DNA of 64,000 nucleotides, taken from Stegostoma tigrinum. Its lineage: Eukaryota. This document shows positions 12,705-25,802 of this stretch, piece by piece (the stretch's first letter is position 1; every line of letters begins with the position of its first letter). The position numbers and the translations under genes are program-made. The stretch spans positions 20,276,255-20,340,254 of the forward strand of contig NC_081357.1 in the NCBI RefSeq assembly GCF_030684315.1, written 5' to 3'. The notes beneath the pieces were generated by a model, which saw nothing but the letters and a program-made list of their open reading frames with translations, did not search any database and was not told the DNA's origin.

Positions 12705-13075
12705 CTCCATCCCATTTTCAAGTTCTTCCATGACCTCATGCCTCACTACCTCTGCAATCTCCTCCAGCCCTACAACCCTCCAGGGTAGGTGTACTCATCA
12801 AGTTTGGCCTCTTGATAGTTTTTGATTTTATTTGCTCCATCCTTAATGGCCATGTATTCATCTACCTAGGCCCCACACTTCTGAATTTCCTCCCTAAATT
12901 TCCCCAGTTTTGTGTCACACTTCCCTTCTTTAAGAGACTCATTCATATTTACTACTTTGACCATGCTTTGACAATCTGCCCATGTATTACCGTCTGGACT
13001 TTGGCATCTAATTGTGTTTTATAATACTTCTGTGGAGCACCAGTGCTATATTGTTATGTTAAAGTGCAACGTAGT
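12705..13075 (+). mobile_element. Old L2-type LINE 3' fragment
   Basis: ctacctctgcaatctcctccagccctacaaccctcc and ctgaatttcctccctaaa; related pieces at 35270-35460, 39950-40420 and 63080-63680. Confidence 0.55.
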
Positions 13076-13273
13076 TAGAAGTTTTATCTTAGAAGGTGGA
13101 AATCAAAAGGCCTTCTTTATCCAAACTTACCTACAATGTCCTATCTTTTGCCATTTTTCAGAATCCACTTTCCTACTTTACTTAAGTTCTCAAGAAGCTT
13201 TAGAATCTCAATGTATTTCCTGCAATGTACAATAATTATTAAACCATTTTTATTTGTCTTTTCTATGTTCCAG

Positions 13274-13433
13274 GTTAGAAAGCCACTTAAACTGTGTTGC
13301 AATCAGACAGCTAACCGAGGTATTATTGATGTTGTGGCAATAAACGTCACATATAGCATACAAGTGGCAGCATATACCAACGCTGGAATTGGGCCTTACA
13401 GTGATCCAACACACGTGTTCATTGGGAGCAATG
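13274..13433 (+). CDS. MERTK: MERTK exon (~human exon 9), second half of the membrane-proximal FN3 domain
   Basis: ttctatgttccag|GTT...AAT G|gtattt; 160 nt, phase 0 to 1; VRKPLKLCCNQTANRGIIDVVAINVTYSIQVAAYTNAGIGPYSDPTHVFIGSN (FN3 YxIxVAAxTxAGxGPxS). Confidence 0.88.
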
Positions 13434-15334
13434 GTATTTATTGTTTTATGTTGTGGAATGTGTCAGTGCAGTCAATTAACATGAATATTTGTTGAGCAGT
13501 TTTAACTGAAAAACATGCAGTGTAAACAAACAAAACACTTAAGTAATTTTTTTTATTTTTTCACAAATCTGGTAATAAAATTGGGATTATTTGAATGAAA
13601 GAGAATGGCTGCAAAATTTAACGTGGATATACTTTTGTTAGGATTAGCAAAGGTCAGAATTTTGGCTTATCTCGTCCAGCCATTAACTCAACATTCTCCT
13701 GAGGGCAGTTCTGACTTTACAGTTTTTAATACTTGCTTCTTCAAAATGACACAAGCACCAGTTCAGTCTGTTGGAATTATAACTGGTGGCTTCATCCAGA
13801 TTTCCCCCACAAGTGAAGTCTTGATGCTTGGTATGACTGTCTTAAAGAAATTATAAGCAGGACTTGACTACCTCCATACAGGAATCTCCTAGTGGTTCCC
13901 TAAGGCACATCCCTTCTCATCCCATGCCCACCCAACCTCTTGGAGAAGGCTGTGTGCCCCATACACAACTTGGAGAAAAGGAATGATAAAACTCCAGTTG
14001 TGGGGCAGTGAGTCTGTTGGATTTTGGTTATAGAAGCAACCCTTGAAAGTATCAGTTTGCAGTCTGACAATAAGATGTGTTGCTCCATATCAGTTTTGCT
14101 GAATTACAGTACCAAATCTGGAAGGTCTAAGAGGCGCAAATGACAAGCAATCTTGTTCACATGTTTGGCTGCCCAAAGACATCAACTACATCAATGCGAC
14201 AAGAGATGCTGACTGACATACAAGTCATAGATTCTATTTCCTGTGTTCGAAAAAGTCTTGTCATCCTTTTGTATCAATTAGGCCAACATGAGTAGTTAAT
14301 TCTCTTCTCTGTTAAATTCAGGCCTTTTTTCCCAAATTTAGGAGTGATCCTAAATCAAGGTCATTGACTGTTCCTCCAAGTGAATCTAGAATTGAAGCCT
14401 GTGATAACATCAGTCTTTTCTCTTCAAAATAGACATGGCAGTCTGTTAAATTCTGCTGGGAAATGAGCTACACTCCAGATCTTTACAATATTGACATTTC
14501 TCCTGTGAGACCCACTCATTTCCAAACTTGATGCCATCCTGGCTGGATTTGCTTTTGAACATTGTTCCTCTCTTATGACAGCAAAATCTGTTCCTTGTTT
14601 TTTTGAGGAGGTGTCACATGCTTTGCTGCCGTTCTACTTTTGCCCAAAAAAACGTGTCCGATCTTGTATATTCAGAAGTAATATTGATTCACCTTGCATT
14701 AATCTTTCCCGTTACATGAACTGTTGTGTCATTGCCTTCTTGTGAAGTACCCAACAGATATTTCTCTGTATCGGGGCTGATAGAAAAATGCAGGTTATTT
14801 TCTCATTGTGAAGTTGAAGAAAAATTAAAACATGACCCTGTTTAAAATTGTCCTCTTTTATAATATTTTGGACACGGAGGAGCTCCACCCATTCCGGTAT
14901 ATAACGCAGCCACAAAATGGGACATTCAGCCATGGGATGCTGCCGTGGTCTCTAGATAGAAGCACATCTGCCTTCTCTATCTCTAGTTTGCATCGTGATG
15001 TAATCTACATATAGTTAATGAAATTTAAGATTCTACATCTTATTAAAGTGAAGGGCTTCATTTGCTGAAATGTATCAGTGGTCCACCTTCACCATGCACG
15101 ACTGAACCCTCTTTTAGAAAGGCATTAAGTTGGTTGCAGGACTCTACCACAACAACTTGCTGGCAGTTGGCACCCAGGCACCATATCACATTGTAACAGG
15201 GTACAACAGTGGCCTTCTCGTCACAATTATAACATATACTTGCTTCATAATTCTACATAGCTAAAAGTTAGAGGCTAAATATAAATTGTTTATTCATCTG
15301 AAATTAATTTGCTCTTCTATTTGTTTCCTTACAG

Positions 15335-15500
15335 GTGAGATAATACTTTCACCGTCCTCAACTACTGCAGCTGCTGATGGCAGTAATACTGAGAATTCCC
15401 TTATGGTGCTAATTGGAATTATTTGTGCCAGCGGCATAATTATTACAGTTGCATTCATATATGCAGCTATGAAAAAGCGGATGACAGAGACAAAGTTTGG
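15335..15500 (+). CDS. MERTK: MERTK exon (~exon 10), juxtamembrane stalk and transmembrane helix
   Basis: tttccttacag|GT GAG...TTT GG|gtcagt; 166 nt; hydrophobic LMVLIGIICASGIIITVAFIYAAM followed by basic KKRMTETKFG. Confidence 0.92.
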
Positions 15501-18500
15501 GTCAGTATCCGCAACTATACAAAACCTTGACTACTTTTCTGAAAACTTCTTTAATAAGAAAACTGGGAAATTGTTAACAACCACACAGATTTCTGGAACC
15601 AATAAAGATGGAAATGATATCCCAGATGAAGTAACAGTGTTGGTAGTTTCATAGTTACCTCTGTAAAAATCTCCATTAGCTTGGACCACAAGCAAAGGAT
15701 AAACCAAATGCCTGGTTATAATGAAATGTTCTTTTTATTTTAAAGTGCCAGTGAGAATCTGTGGCTCATGAGTAAAATAATAATATTATAAAATGTAAGG
15801 CACAGTGGGAAAATGTTGTTGAAAAGTTCATTTGCATCAAAGGATACTAGAATCTGAACTTCTTTCAAAGTTCGTAATTATCATTACAGTTGATGATCAT
15901 GATGGTAATCATGGGAATGTCCATAAATTACTGACCTGGAAGTAGATTTTAGGAAAAGCTTATGTTTTAAATGAGGTTAAAAGGGTTCACTGCTTCCTTT
16001 TCAGGTCCCATTCTTCCATTGGTCATAAAACATATTAAATTTAAGCAAATAAGTGATTCGGCCAATTACATAGATCTTGGACCGTGCTAGGTTCAGTATT
16101 AAGAACAAGTCGACAAAATTTCTTCAGTCAACAGTAAATAACTGCCTTACTTCCAAAAATAAACTTGCTCAAACAAAGATACAAAGATTATTAGCAAATC
16201 GTTTGGATTATGCAAATATATATATCTGCACTCCTAAGAAATTAACATGTGCACAGACATCCAAAGAGATAACTCTGGAAAAACTTTGCACAGTGCTAAC
16301 TTGAGAGTACTTTGATCATATCATTGTTAAACCCATGTGAGTGAGGTTAGTTAATGGATTGTCACAAACAGTGTTCAAGTTCCAGAGTTATTCTCTTCAC
16401 GTACAGGGTTGTGGTACTGGGGTATTCTTGGAGCAGCTGTACTTAGCTGATTTGCTTTTGCTTCAGATGATAGGGTAGATTGCTAAGAAATTCCTTTTTA
16501 GGCACTCTTTCCCCAAGTGGTAAAGATTGTTTTCAGTAGGTTTAAGCTGTCATAATTTGCTAAGAGGAGTTGCAAAGAAAGAGAGATGGAACAATGAGCT
16601 GTAACTGTTATGTCAAGTTTAAAATCTCGCTCACTAAGTTCAAAAGTAGAAATAGAAATCCCTCCCTGTGAAAGCTCTTCAGAATGGAAGATTTTATCCT
16701 GTTCCTTGCAGCTAACACACTGTTCCTGTTCTACCCAATAGCTTTTCCTTAACAAAGTGCCCTTAGTTTAAAATAAAGCTCAAAACATATTGACGTGGAT
16801 CTTGTTGTCTTTTTTGAAAATAAGTACATTTGAATCACATCTCATCATAACACATGACAGAGCAGGATTGGTTTCAGATGGTCTGTGAGCCAACATAGGT
16901 ATGATGGACCAAGTGGTTTACTCCTGAGCTGCAAAGCTTTGTGGTACTTACATTTATTGAACAACTGCTTGAAATGTTCCCTCAGAGTTCCAGTAAGTGG
17001 CCTCTCTCCCTTTTGTTATTTGTCCCAAAAGAGAAATTAGCAAGGTGTTGCTCACATTTCGCATTTCTTTAAACAAAACAATATGTATTTGTACAATTTA
17101 AATCATAAAAGCTGTAGAAAAGTTGAGACAAGAAAGCTATAATTAGAGGTCAAAATTTAACCTTGCAGACAATGCTTCTCCCTTACAGGATACCGGATAT
17201 GTGCAAGAGGCCCATAGAAAGCCAAGTCCCTTCTTTAGAAATTTCAGCACCCTTTTAAAACTTACTGCCAATCAAATCCTTTGCTGCTGTTTGTGGGGTT
17301 TCATTCCTGTAGGCTTTGAACTGTTTTGAGAACTTTGAAAAATATCATTTTTTAAGCAATTAAATTCCTTTCATGTTGCCCGTTTGTTTTTTGGATGTTG
17401 AATTGCACTTTAATTTTATCCTGACCATTCGTCAGCCCTCCTTGAGTTTCTATCTTAATCCTTCAATCTGAATGTTTAGGGAAATGTCTTCTCACTCACA
17501 TACTAGATGCCCAGTTCCCCTGCTGAAACAAGGCTTGCTGCCACTTTGCGGGTGAAACCATTTTGGAGCTAAAGTGCTGGGGGGCAAAACTAACTTACAG
17601 CAAGTGCTGTTCACTGCTATGTTACAGTAAACTCTGGCCGTTTGTTTACTTCTGCTTTCAGCAGAATGGCATGTTCAGGATTTCCTTCTATTTTGTCATG
17701 CTGTTACGCCTTTTAACTTTCTCATCGCCAAATATTTTAGGAATTTCTACTGAATAGAGCGGGCAAATTTGCCTTCACTTTCAAAGAAGCAGATTAACTC
17801 TTGGACTGCCAGCAATTCCAGGGAACGTCCTGCCTCTCTTGATAGATTTGTAATGAGTTGCTAAAAATAAGACATTACAGCAACGAGTTTATAATCCTTT
17901 ACTCAAATGTTGACTATAAGCTGCCAAAATAAATAATGGAATGTAGGAACAGGAATAGGTGATTCAGTCCCTTGAGTCTGTTTCACTATTCATTGCTGAT
18001 CTGTATCAGAATGTTGGTTTTTGTACCAATGAAGCACTGTTTAGCCACCAGCAGCCCCACAAACCCCGAACCTCTATTCCTCTGTGCAGGAGAGAGTTTG
18101 AGATTTCCATCACCCTCATGTAACAGTGCTTCTGAATATCAACCCTGAGTGGCCCAGGTTTCATCTGTAATTTTAAGGTCATGCCCCAGTATACTTCCTT
18201 CCTGTCACACCCTACCAGTGAAAGTAGTTTCATTCTCAAAAGAACTGTGGATCCTCCACAGTTGAATGTATTAAAGGCTCTCAGAATCTAACAGAGGAGG
18301 GTAAGAAATTGACTTTGAAGGAAAGAAAGCAGCCACAATTCATTCACTTCTTGAGGGCCTTAATGAACCAGATGGGGTTTAACCCCACAATTGGCATAAG
18401 TTTCATATTCATCCGTAGACTCTTTATCCCACATTGGATGGTGGGGGGAGACAGTTGTTTCCCCCCCACTCCCCACAATCTACTGTCTGCCGTGGCAGGA

Positions 18501-19189
18501 TTTGAACCTAAATCCCCAGAACATTGTATCTGCTTCTGGATGAATAGTCATGTGATAATACCACCAGGCCATTATCTCCCTTCTGTTTGAGATGTATTCA
18601 AATCCAGTTTTCAATTTTAAAAATTCATCACAACTCATTCTTTCCTGGATGTTTTCTCTTGTTAAGTCTTAATTGCCTTTGTGTACTCTTATTAAGAGTG
18701 CCGATTAGTTACAATTCATCTGTTTGTAACATTGTCGATTTATTTGGATAAATTGGCTGAATATGTGTGAAATATGCAGAGTCAAGAATTTAATTTCAAA
18801 GAGTCAGACATTAGCTTGCACCGTACAGTTTTTGGAGCAGCTCAAGGGCTGAAATGGCCTACCCGTTACTCCTGACCATATGTGGATCAACTATCATTGT
18901 TCCCTTCTGCATCTCTTTGGAGAATTCTGATTCCTTGTGGCTAAGACCCGTCCCATTTGTGAGTTTATTGTGCTTGATTGCACTGCCGTTATACCTTTGA
19001 TGGGAATCAGGCCCAGGGATAATGTCACCTTCCCTTTAAATAAAACCTCCCTTTACCTTGACACCGTTGTCTTGCTCAGATTAACTTGGTAATGCTGTGG
19101 CTTTTATAATCAATTCATTTTGTCTATAACCTACTGATTCGAGACTTTGTATGCCTCTGAACATCCCGATAGTTCTATACCTCTCATCT

Positions 19190-19920
19190 AAAATTCTGTT
19201 CCTCCATCACCCCTAAATGCCATTGAAGTTTTCTTACCAAGGTCTCTTTATTGTCTTCCTCCCTCAATTTCTGTAATGAATCATTTTGCATTTCGCTGAA
19301 GCTTTCATTTTCCACCTTGATTCATCGTGCTCTCTCTTCTCTCAGTTCACTGCCTTCTTAACCTCAGTTTATCATTCCCTCAGTATGAACCCCTACTTAC
19401 ATTTACTATCTTGACTTTATTGTCTCACATGGCCTCACTATTCCTGTTATGAATCATAAATGAGGCCATACCTGATCATTTCCTGATGTCTTTTTACATC
19501 CATATTTCATCTTCCCATGTCTGCCCATGGACCTCTCATTCCTAGTTCACTTACAACTGTGTCTTCAAACTCTTCAGCTTTTGGCTGTCCATTCAGCATG
19601 ACATTTCTACTACCACAGATCTGCTCAAGCACACTTTCACCTCACTGTCAATACCCTAGTCTCTTCTGAAACCATTACTACTCACCCTGACCATTCTCAC
19701 CAATGTGCTCCTCATGCTTAAGGGATGCAGGCTTGAATGGGCATTGCAAATTACTGCTTTAGTTGCTCATTACCAAATCTTGCAGCACCACTAAAAGCAC
19801 AATAGGTGCTGATCCCAATACTATTCCTGTTGACTGTTTAAGTGTTATCCTGAAATGCAAAGATGACCCTGAACTTCTTTTCACCATGCCGAGCCATTAT
19901 TTTAAATTCTTACGTCCTCA
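19190..19920 (+). mobile_element. Old L2-type LINE remnant (APE region, pyrimidine-rich)
   Basis: Remnants resembling Y.PP, PT...LD.I and SDHF motifs, with the C/T-rich strand bias typical of L2. Confidence 0.5.
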
Positions 19921-22344
19921 TTTCTGAAAAGAAACATGAAGAGACGTAAGGCAAAAGAGCAGAAATAGGTAACTCACCCCATCCCATCTGCTGTGCCATT
20001 CAGTGAGATCACAGCTGATATTTAAACCTGAACTTCACTCTCTTGGAATGGGATTTGAGAGGTGAAGCAACCTGCTGTGGTATTAGTTTACAGGCTTCTT
20101 CAGTTATCCCTTAACCACTCAGAGAGGTCAGTCTCTAATAGGTTGAGAGGTAGAGAACATATGAGCAGAAGAACTAAGAGTAAGAATAGGCATTTCAGCC
20201 CTTCGAGCCTGTCTGCCATTTCAGTATGATTAAGACTGATCTTATCAACTCCATTTCTTGCCCATCCTTTATGACTCTTTAACGTAATGAGTCTATCTCC
20301 TCCTTAAATTCACTTAATACCCCAGCATCCACTGTACTCTAGAGTGGTGAATGCCACAGATTCACAATCCTTTGAGAGAAGTAATTCCTCCTTATCTTTT
20401 TTAAGTCTGCTAACCTTTATCCCAAAGAACAGAGAGATGGAAGCAGCCTAATGGTCTTGGGAACAAATGCTAAGATTAAAGGTTGTGAAATTTTAAACAA
20501 ATTTGGAAGATTAGCCAAGCTTTTATGAGAGGGAAGAATCTCTCGCATAGCCCTCATCTTGAAAGTCAGCACTGCAATTCGAAGATATCCAGCTGGGAAT
20601 GGAAAAAAGCAAATAAGCCATCAGGAGCAGGGAATGGCTTTGGACTGGTTCCTGGGCAGAGTAATATAGACTCCTGGAGGAGAATTTTGGATCATTTTAA
20701 GAGTTAAATGGGGCCATTTTTCTATACTTTAAAATGTAGGTTGTCTCCTGAAATGGAGTTCAGTCAGTGTTGCTTTAATTTTATTACAGTAAATGTTTTT
20801 AAATTGTAATTTTGTTGTGCATTCAGTCCAGTCAATCACTGGAAATTCAGATATCCTTTGTAACAGTTGTTAGTTTCTACAAAGATTATACCACAATCCA
20901 TAATCTTCTCCCAACCCTCTATTGTCACTTCTTTAATTCAGGCTTCTTGAAAATCCCTGGTTTTAATTTACCCTTCACTGATGGCCATCCCTTTAGCAAC
21001 CATATGTCCAAAATTTCTAAAATTCCTTTGCTGAACTTCTCCAGTCTTCTACATCTCTACCTCCTTGAAGATGCTTTATGAATCCTTTCTGTTTAAAGTA
21101 CAATTAAATGTTAAATACGTCAATTTCCTTAACTTGAATTCTGCAGTTACTATCCAACTGAATCCATTTGACCTATCAGGCATTTATTGTTCGAGAAAAT
21201 CAAGTTTTAAACTTTATACTTGATTATTTTCTTTACACTTTGCTCGCACTTCCAGTTTGGGAGCTATGGATAAGTTTTCTCAAACTTCAAAGCCCAGAGC
21301 TGTGTCAAACTGTATCTCGGTCAAAGCTACTGACCCCACAAAACTGGACCAGCCGAAAATGTTAGTGCAAAAATCTGGTGGCTGAAGATTCTTTCCAGTT
21401 TGTTCACACCGTGATGAGAACAAGAATGACAGAATGCAGACATCAGCCAAGCGGAATTCTGAGAAACGCGATTTAAAACATTAGCATTTTGACAGGTCCA
21501 TTAAACTGTGGAGGTCAAATGGGTGACTGTATTTAATGGCGGCCTGAGCGATTTGCTATTACTCAGCATCGTTGAGAAAACAGGGCTTTCATCACCTTGA
21601 GGACTTTCTAGGCACTGTTACAGCAGTTGGGACAGCATATCGATTAAAATGTTGTTCTCTCAGCTACCATGTCATCCTGATCACTTTTTAGATGGGCTTC
21701 AGCAATGGTTTTGAGTGAGTTTTGCCCATTTGCCGCAGCTGCCCTTTTACCCAGCCACCGTCTCGGAGCTGACTTTGAGCCAGGCTGATGTTTGCTTTCA
21801 TGGTGTCATTTTTATTCCCAGCAGATGGTGCGGAAACATTAACAACGTTGTTTGAACTGAGACTGAGCCAGGGCTTTGCACTTCATTCCTTTGTGACTGG
21901 ACAGGAATTAAGGCCAGCAGCTTTAGCCAATGAGTAGCTCAAAACAAGTCAGATACCGTTGTAAGTTAATTTCCAGGGTGTGTATCGTGGTGATGTTGCA
22001 TTTCCCCTGGCTCTCCACAGTTAAAGAACCTATTGAAATGTTTGACAAATCTAGCAACAAAAAAATTCATGGTAGGGTATTTTGAACAATTGCTTCTACT
22101 TTTTAACCTATGTCTTGGCCCATTGCTAAATTTGATCTCTTGATTTCTCACACTATTCATTTAATAGCTAATTTGTAAAATGTACCTAGTACTTTCCCTC
22201 CCCAAGGGTGAACTGAAGTGCTTTTGTAAATGTGAGAAAGATAGATATAAGTTCAGAGTACTACATAGTGTAAATCATGAGACCAGAACAAATGACTACA
22301 GGTACAAGTTGTCAAAGACCAAGCTTAAACAAGATTTCATGGGG

Positions 22345-22795
22345 CTATTGTGGTGCAATGGTAATGTCCTTAACTATAAGCCAGGAAGTCAGGGTTCAAG
22401 GCTCTGCTGTTCCAGAAGTATGTCATAACACATTGAAACAGGATACTTGAAGATTCACACCTGTTCTAATTCCAGTTTGATTTAGCCCTCACTCCCCAAG
22501 CTGTTCCTCACCTTTGATGGTCTCCATTGCCCTTAACACATTTTGCATGTGAACTAATCAATTGGAAACACGGGTGATTTAGTACTTGTTGATAATAGAT
22601 TAAAAGTATCACAATTAATTTAGTGGTGGGAAAAAGAATCAGTTGTGTGTCAGAGTACCTTTAAATATAAAAAAAACAAAAGAGAAATATTGTAGCACAG
22701 TGGTAGCATCCCCATTTCTAGGCCAGGTAACCCAGGTGCAGGTCCCACATTCTCCAGAGGTGGTTCATAATGCATTTGAACAGGTTGATTCTTAA
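22345..22795 (+). mobile_element. Two copies of a short (~110 bp) tRNA-derived SINE family 3 (22345-22450, 22695-22795); a third copy at 29211-29322
   Basis: Shared pattern of tRNA-like A box, ggttcaag/ggtgcagg B box, ctccaga(g)gtgtgtcat and tgaacaggttgatt. Confidence 0.6.
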
Positions 22796-24061
22796 AAGAA
22801 ATGGTAGATTTCAGGAAACCCTTCTTTGGACTCTAATTATTTAATAAAATGATGGATTAATAGTTTGGGGCCTCAGAGTTGGTGCATTTATCAGATTGAT
22901 GAGCTGTGTTAGATTAAATAGCCTTCCAATCCATTTCTTGCTCTTTTGAGATAAATACTTGTACTGACAATGGGCTTGAAGGCTATACCTTCTGCTGATA
23001 ACTTGGCAGAAGATCAGTGAACACTCTTGTGAATCCACCTATTTAGGGTTCCTATAAATCAGGATTCCACAATGAGTTTCACAGCTATTTTAGTTATCGT
23101 GTACTTTTGTTGGGTTTAACAATTATTCACAGTACAGACTTCTGATAACATGGGATTCTGAATACAAGTGTTTTCAATTGTGTGAGACACATTAAATGTT
23201 TTCAGGAAACTAGCATCAAAAAGGCCAATGTAGTTTGGCATTAGGCTGTGTTTTTCTGCCTATTTACAGTCAATAACTATTAACTGATGAATTTTCAGAA
23301 TGGGACATTAAAGCTTTCAAAATTAAATGTCGAACTTGCCCTCAGCTTGACTTGGTTATTCTGAAAATAATGATTTGGTTCACATCAGGGCACAACATTT
23401 CTCCCCCAACAAGGACTCCTCTTCAAAGCTACTTTTTGACTTTCAGGGTCAGCTTTTTCATTTTCACTAGCTCCTTTATGAGATTGTGAGATCAATTTCC
23501 GGATTTGTATTACCGTATTAGATATTTGGACTCTCACAGCATTATAATAATTCAATATCCTTAATAACTATCAATCCCTTTAATTTTAAAACCATAACAT
23601 ACAGGAAAGAATGAATTTGCTAGATAACTGTATAAAATCTATACATACTTCTACACGAAAGCTGTCACCACATACAAGGGGAAGTCACAGCTAATATGTT
23701 TTCTTTGCCACAAAAACAGAAATTGTTGGGAAAACTCAGCAGGTCTGGCAATATCTGTGTAGAGAAATCAGAGTTAATGTTTCAGGTTCCTTTGAACTGA
23801 TTTTCTTTGCATGTGCACAAAGCTGAAATATTTTAAAAAGGCAGGTACTACCCATTTTCTGCATCTCAGCTCTCAACAAATTTAAATTTAGCAATTAGGT
23901 TGTCATTACCAGTGCATATTTTTATAACTCCTTAACAAACACAGCCTTAAGTTAGAGATAGTATACTCAGTTGCAAGTAGCTCATTAGCTTGGTGATTTC
24001 AAGTTTTCCAAGCTCCTAGTTTTGTCAACAGGTTTGAAACTGATCCCTCTTTGCATCCTCT

Positions 24062-24113
24062 CTCCCTTCCCTGCCCTTGCAGCCTCCCTCCCTTCCCTGC
24101 CCTTGCAGCCTCC
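24062..24113 (+). repeat. Perfect 26-bp tandem duplication
   Basis: ctcccttccctgcccttgcagcctcc x2 (24062-24087, 24088-24113) in pyrimidine-rich sequence. Confidence 0.9.
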
Positions 24114-25032
24114 CTGTCTCTCCCAACCTCCTTCCAGCTTTGCTATATTCACCTCTCCAGCTTCCAGACTTTGAGCCATTCCCCATTCCCTATGCTCCAG
24201 CTTCGCCAGATCCTCTATCTTCCATTCTCCCCAAACGACTCCCTCAATGCTGGGATCTATTTTCCTCACTAATAAGTCAATCCTGCAGCAAGCATGGGAG
24301 ACAACCAGAGTATGATTGGAGGATTAACTCTTTGTCATTTCCTTCCATTCTAATTATAGTGGAATGGGAGTTGTCATTTCCCTAATTGGTCGGCTCTGTG
24401 AGTCAAGTTTTGCAGGCAGTTTGATTATTCTGGAGCCCAATGCCCCCACCATCCCTGTATATTTCAAATGTTGGTTCAACTGCATTTGAATGTCTTGATT
24501 TAACAGAGAACAGAATCCAGGGACCTCAGTACATGCTTTAGAGCACCAAGCAACTATAAGCAGTGAATAGTCTTTTATAGGATTTGGAATAACCTCCAAC
24601 ACTGATGGAAAAATTCCCTGCTTGTTGCATGGCAGAACCTTTACCAAAGGTGGAAAATTCTTATCCCTGAAAATAATTTTTTATAACTTCCCTAATAGAA
24701 TTTTATTATTTGAAGTGGAGAAGGTTACATGATCATGGTGTGGAATTAATTGGGCAGCTCTTTGAGGGATCTGGCATCAGCATGAAAACCTTTTGAGACT
24801 TAACTTTATATGGCTTCCTAGACTGAAACCTCATGATTTGTACTGCCTTTACTTCTTCTGTGAGTGATGCTGAGATAAAAGAGGTGTATCATTGCCAGAT
24901 GCAGCTGATACTGTCAGGAGTGCCTCTTGTTTACAACCTGAAAAGATTGAGCTGGCTGGAGAAGTAATACTTTTGAAATTTTTGTTGCTTTTACCAGTCG
25001 TTCTCTGGTTAGAGTTGAAGAAAATAAAATTT

Positions 25033-25255
25033 GGATGTCAGAGGCAGGTTCTTTACGCAGAGAGTTGTGAGAGCATGGAATGCGTTGCCAGCAGCAGTTG
25101 TGGAAGCAAGGTCATTGGGGTCATTTAAGAGACTGCTGGACATGTATATGGTCACAGAAATTTGAGGGTGCATACATGAGGATCAATGGTCGGCACAACA
25201 TTGTGGGCTGAAGGGCCTGTTCTGTGCTGTATTGTTCTATGTTCTATGTTCTATG
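25033..25255 (+). mobile_element. 5'-truncated 3' end of the same young CR1 family
   Basis: Matches 59371-59591 with 6 differences counted by eye (all transitions), including the (TTCTATG)n tail. Confidence 0.93.
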
Positions 25256-25713
25256 AACTGGGCTGTCAACTGTCTAATTTGCTGACATTGAACTGACATT
25301 ATTGCACCAATTCAAGAATACCTCATCATCTTGGAACAACAGTGGAATAGTACCGTAGAATAATGGAATGTGGGGTGATGCTTTCAGTTACCCAAACTTC
25401 ACCTGAGTTTCTCAATCTTGATCATGCCCTTAAGTGGGAGTACTGAATATAACTCAGGCTGTTCCCACTCAAGAAAGATGGGAAATTGTGCAATTTCTCC
25501 TGACAGTTTGAGGCTTGGACAAGCTCCCACAACCTATCAATTGGTGTAACTAGGAAACTTGGGAATTGGCTGAAAAGAGCTCATTTCCTTTTCAGAAATA
25601 GTTTCAATTTTATAACTTTTTTTTATAAATGTGTAAAGATTAGAGCTAAATTAACCAAATAACATTAACGCTATGCTCATTAATGATGCCACCTTATTTT
25701 TTGTTAAATATAG

Positions 25714-25802
25714 GAATGCATTCGGTGATGGAGAACTCTCTGAACCAACTGTCCACTACAGAGCAAGGAAAACGTATTTACGGAGAGCAGTTGAGGTTAC
25801 AT
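25714..25802 (+). CDS. MERTK: MERTK exon (~exon 11), intracellular juxtamembrane region
   Basis: aaatatag|G AAT...ACA T|gtaaga; 89 nt; NAFGDGELSEPTVHYRARKTYLRRAVEVT; phases match both neighbours. Confidence 0.9.

Noticed and set aside
1-13273. Upstream MERTK exons (Ig and first FN3 domains)
   Set aside because: No segment with matching translation and splice sites was found by eye; the region is treated as probable intron, though a diverged exon could have been missed.
15501-15654. Read-through of the TM exon giving a membrane-bound, kinase-less MERTK
   Set aside because: The frame is open for about 50 codons, but the nearby AATAAA (15601) lies before the stop and the donor gtcagt is adequate; there is no positive support.
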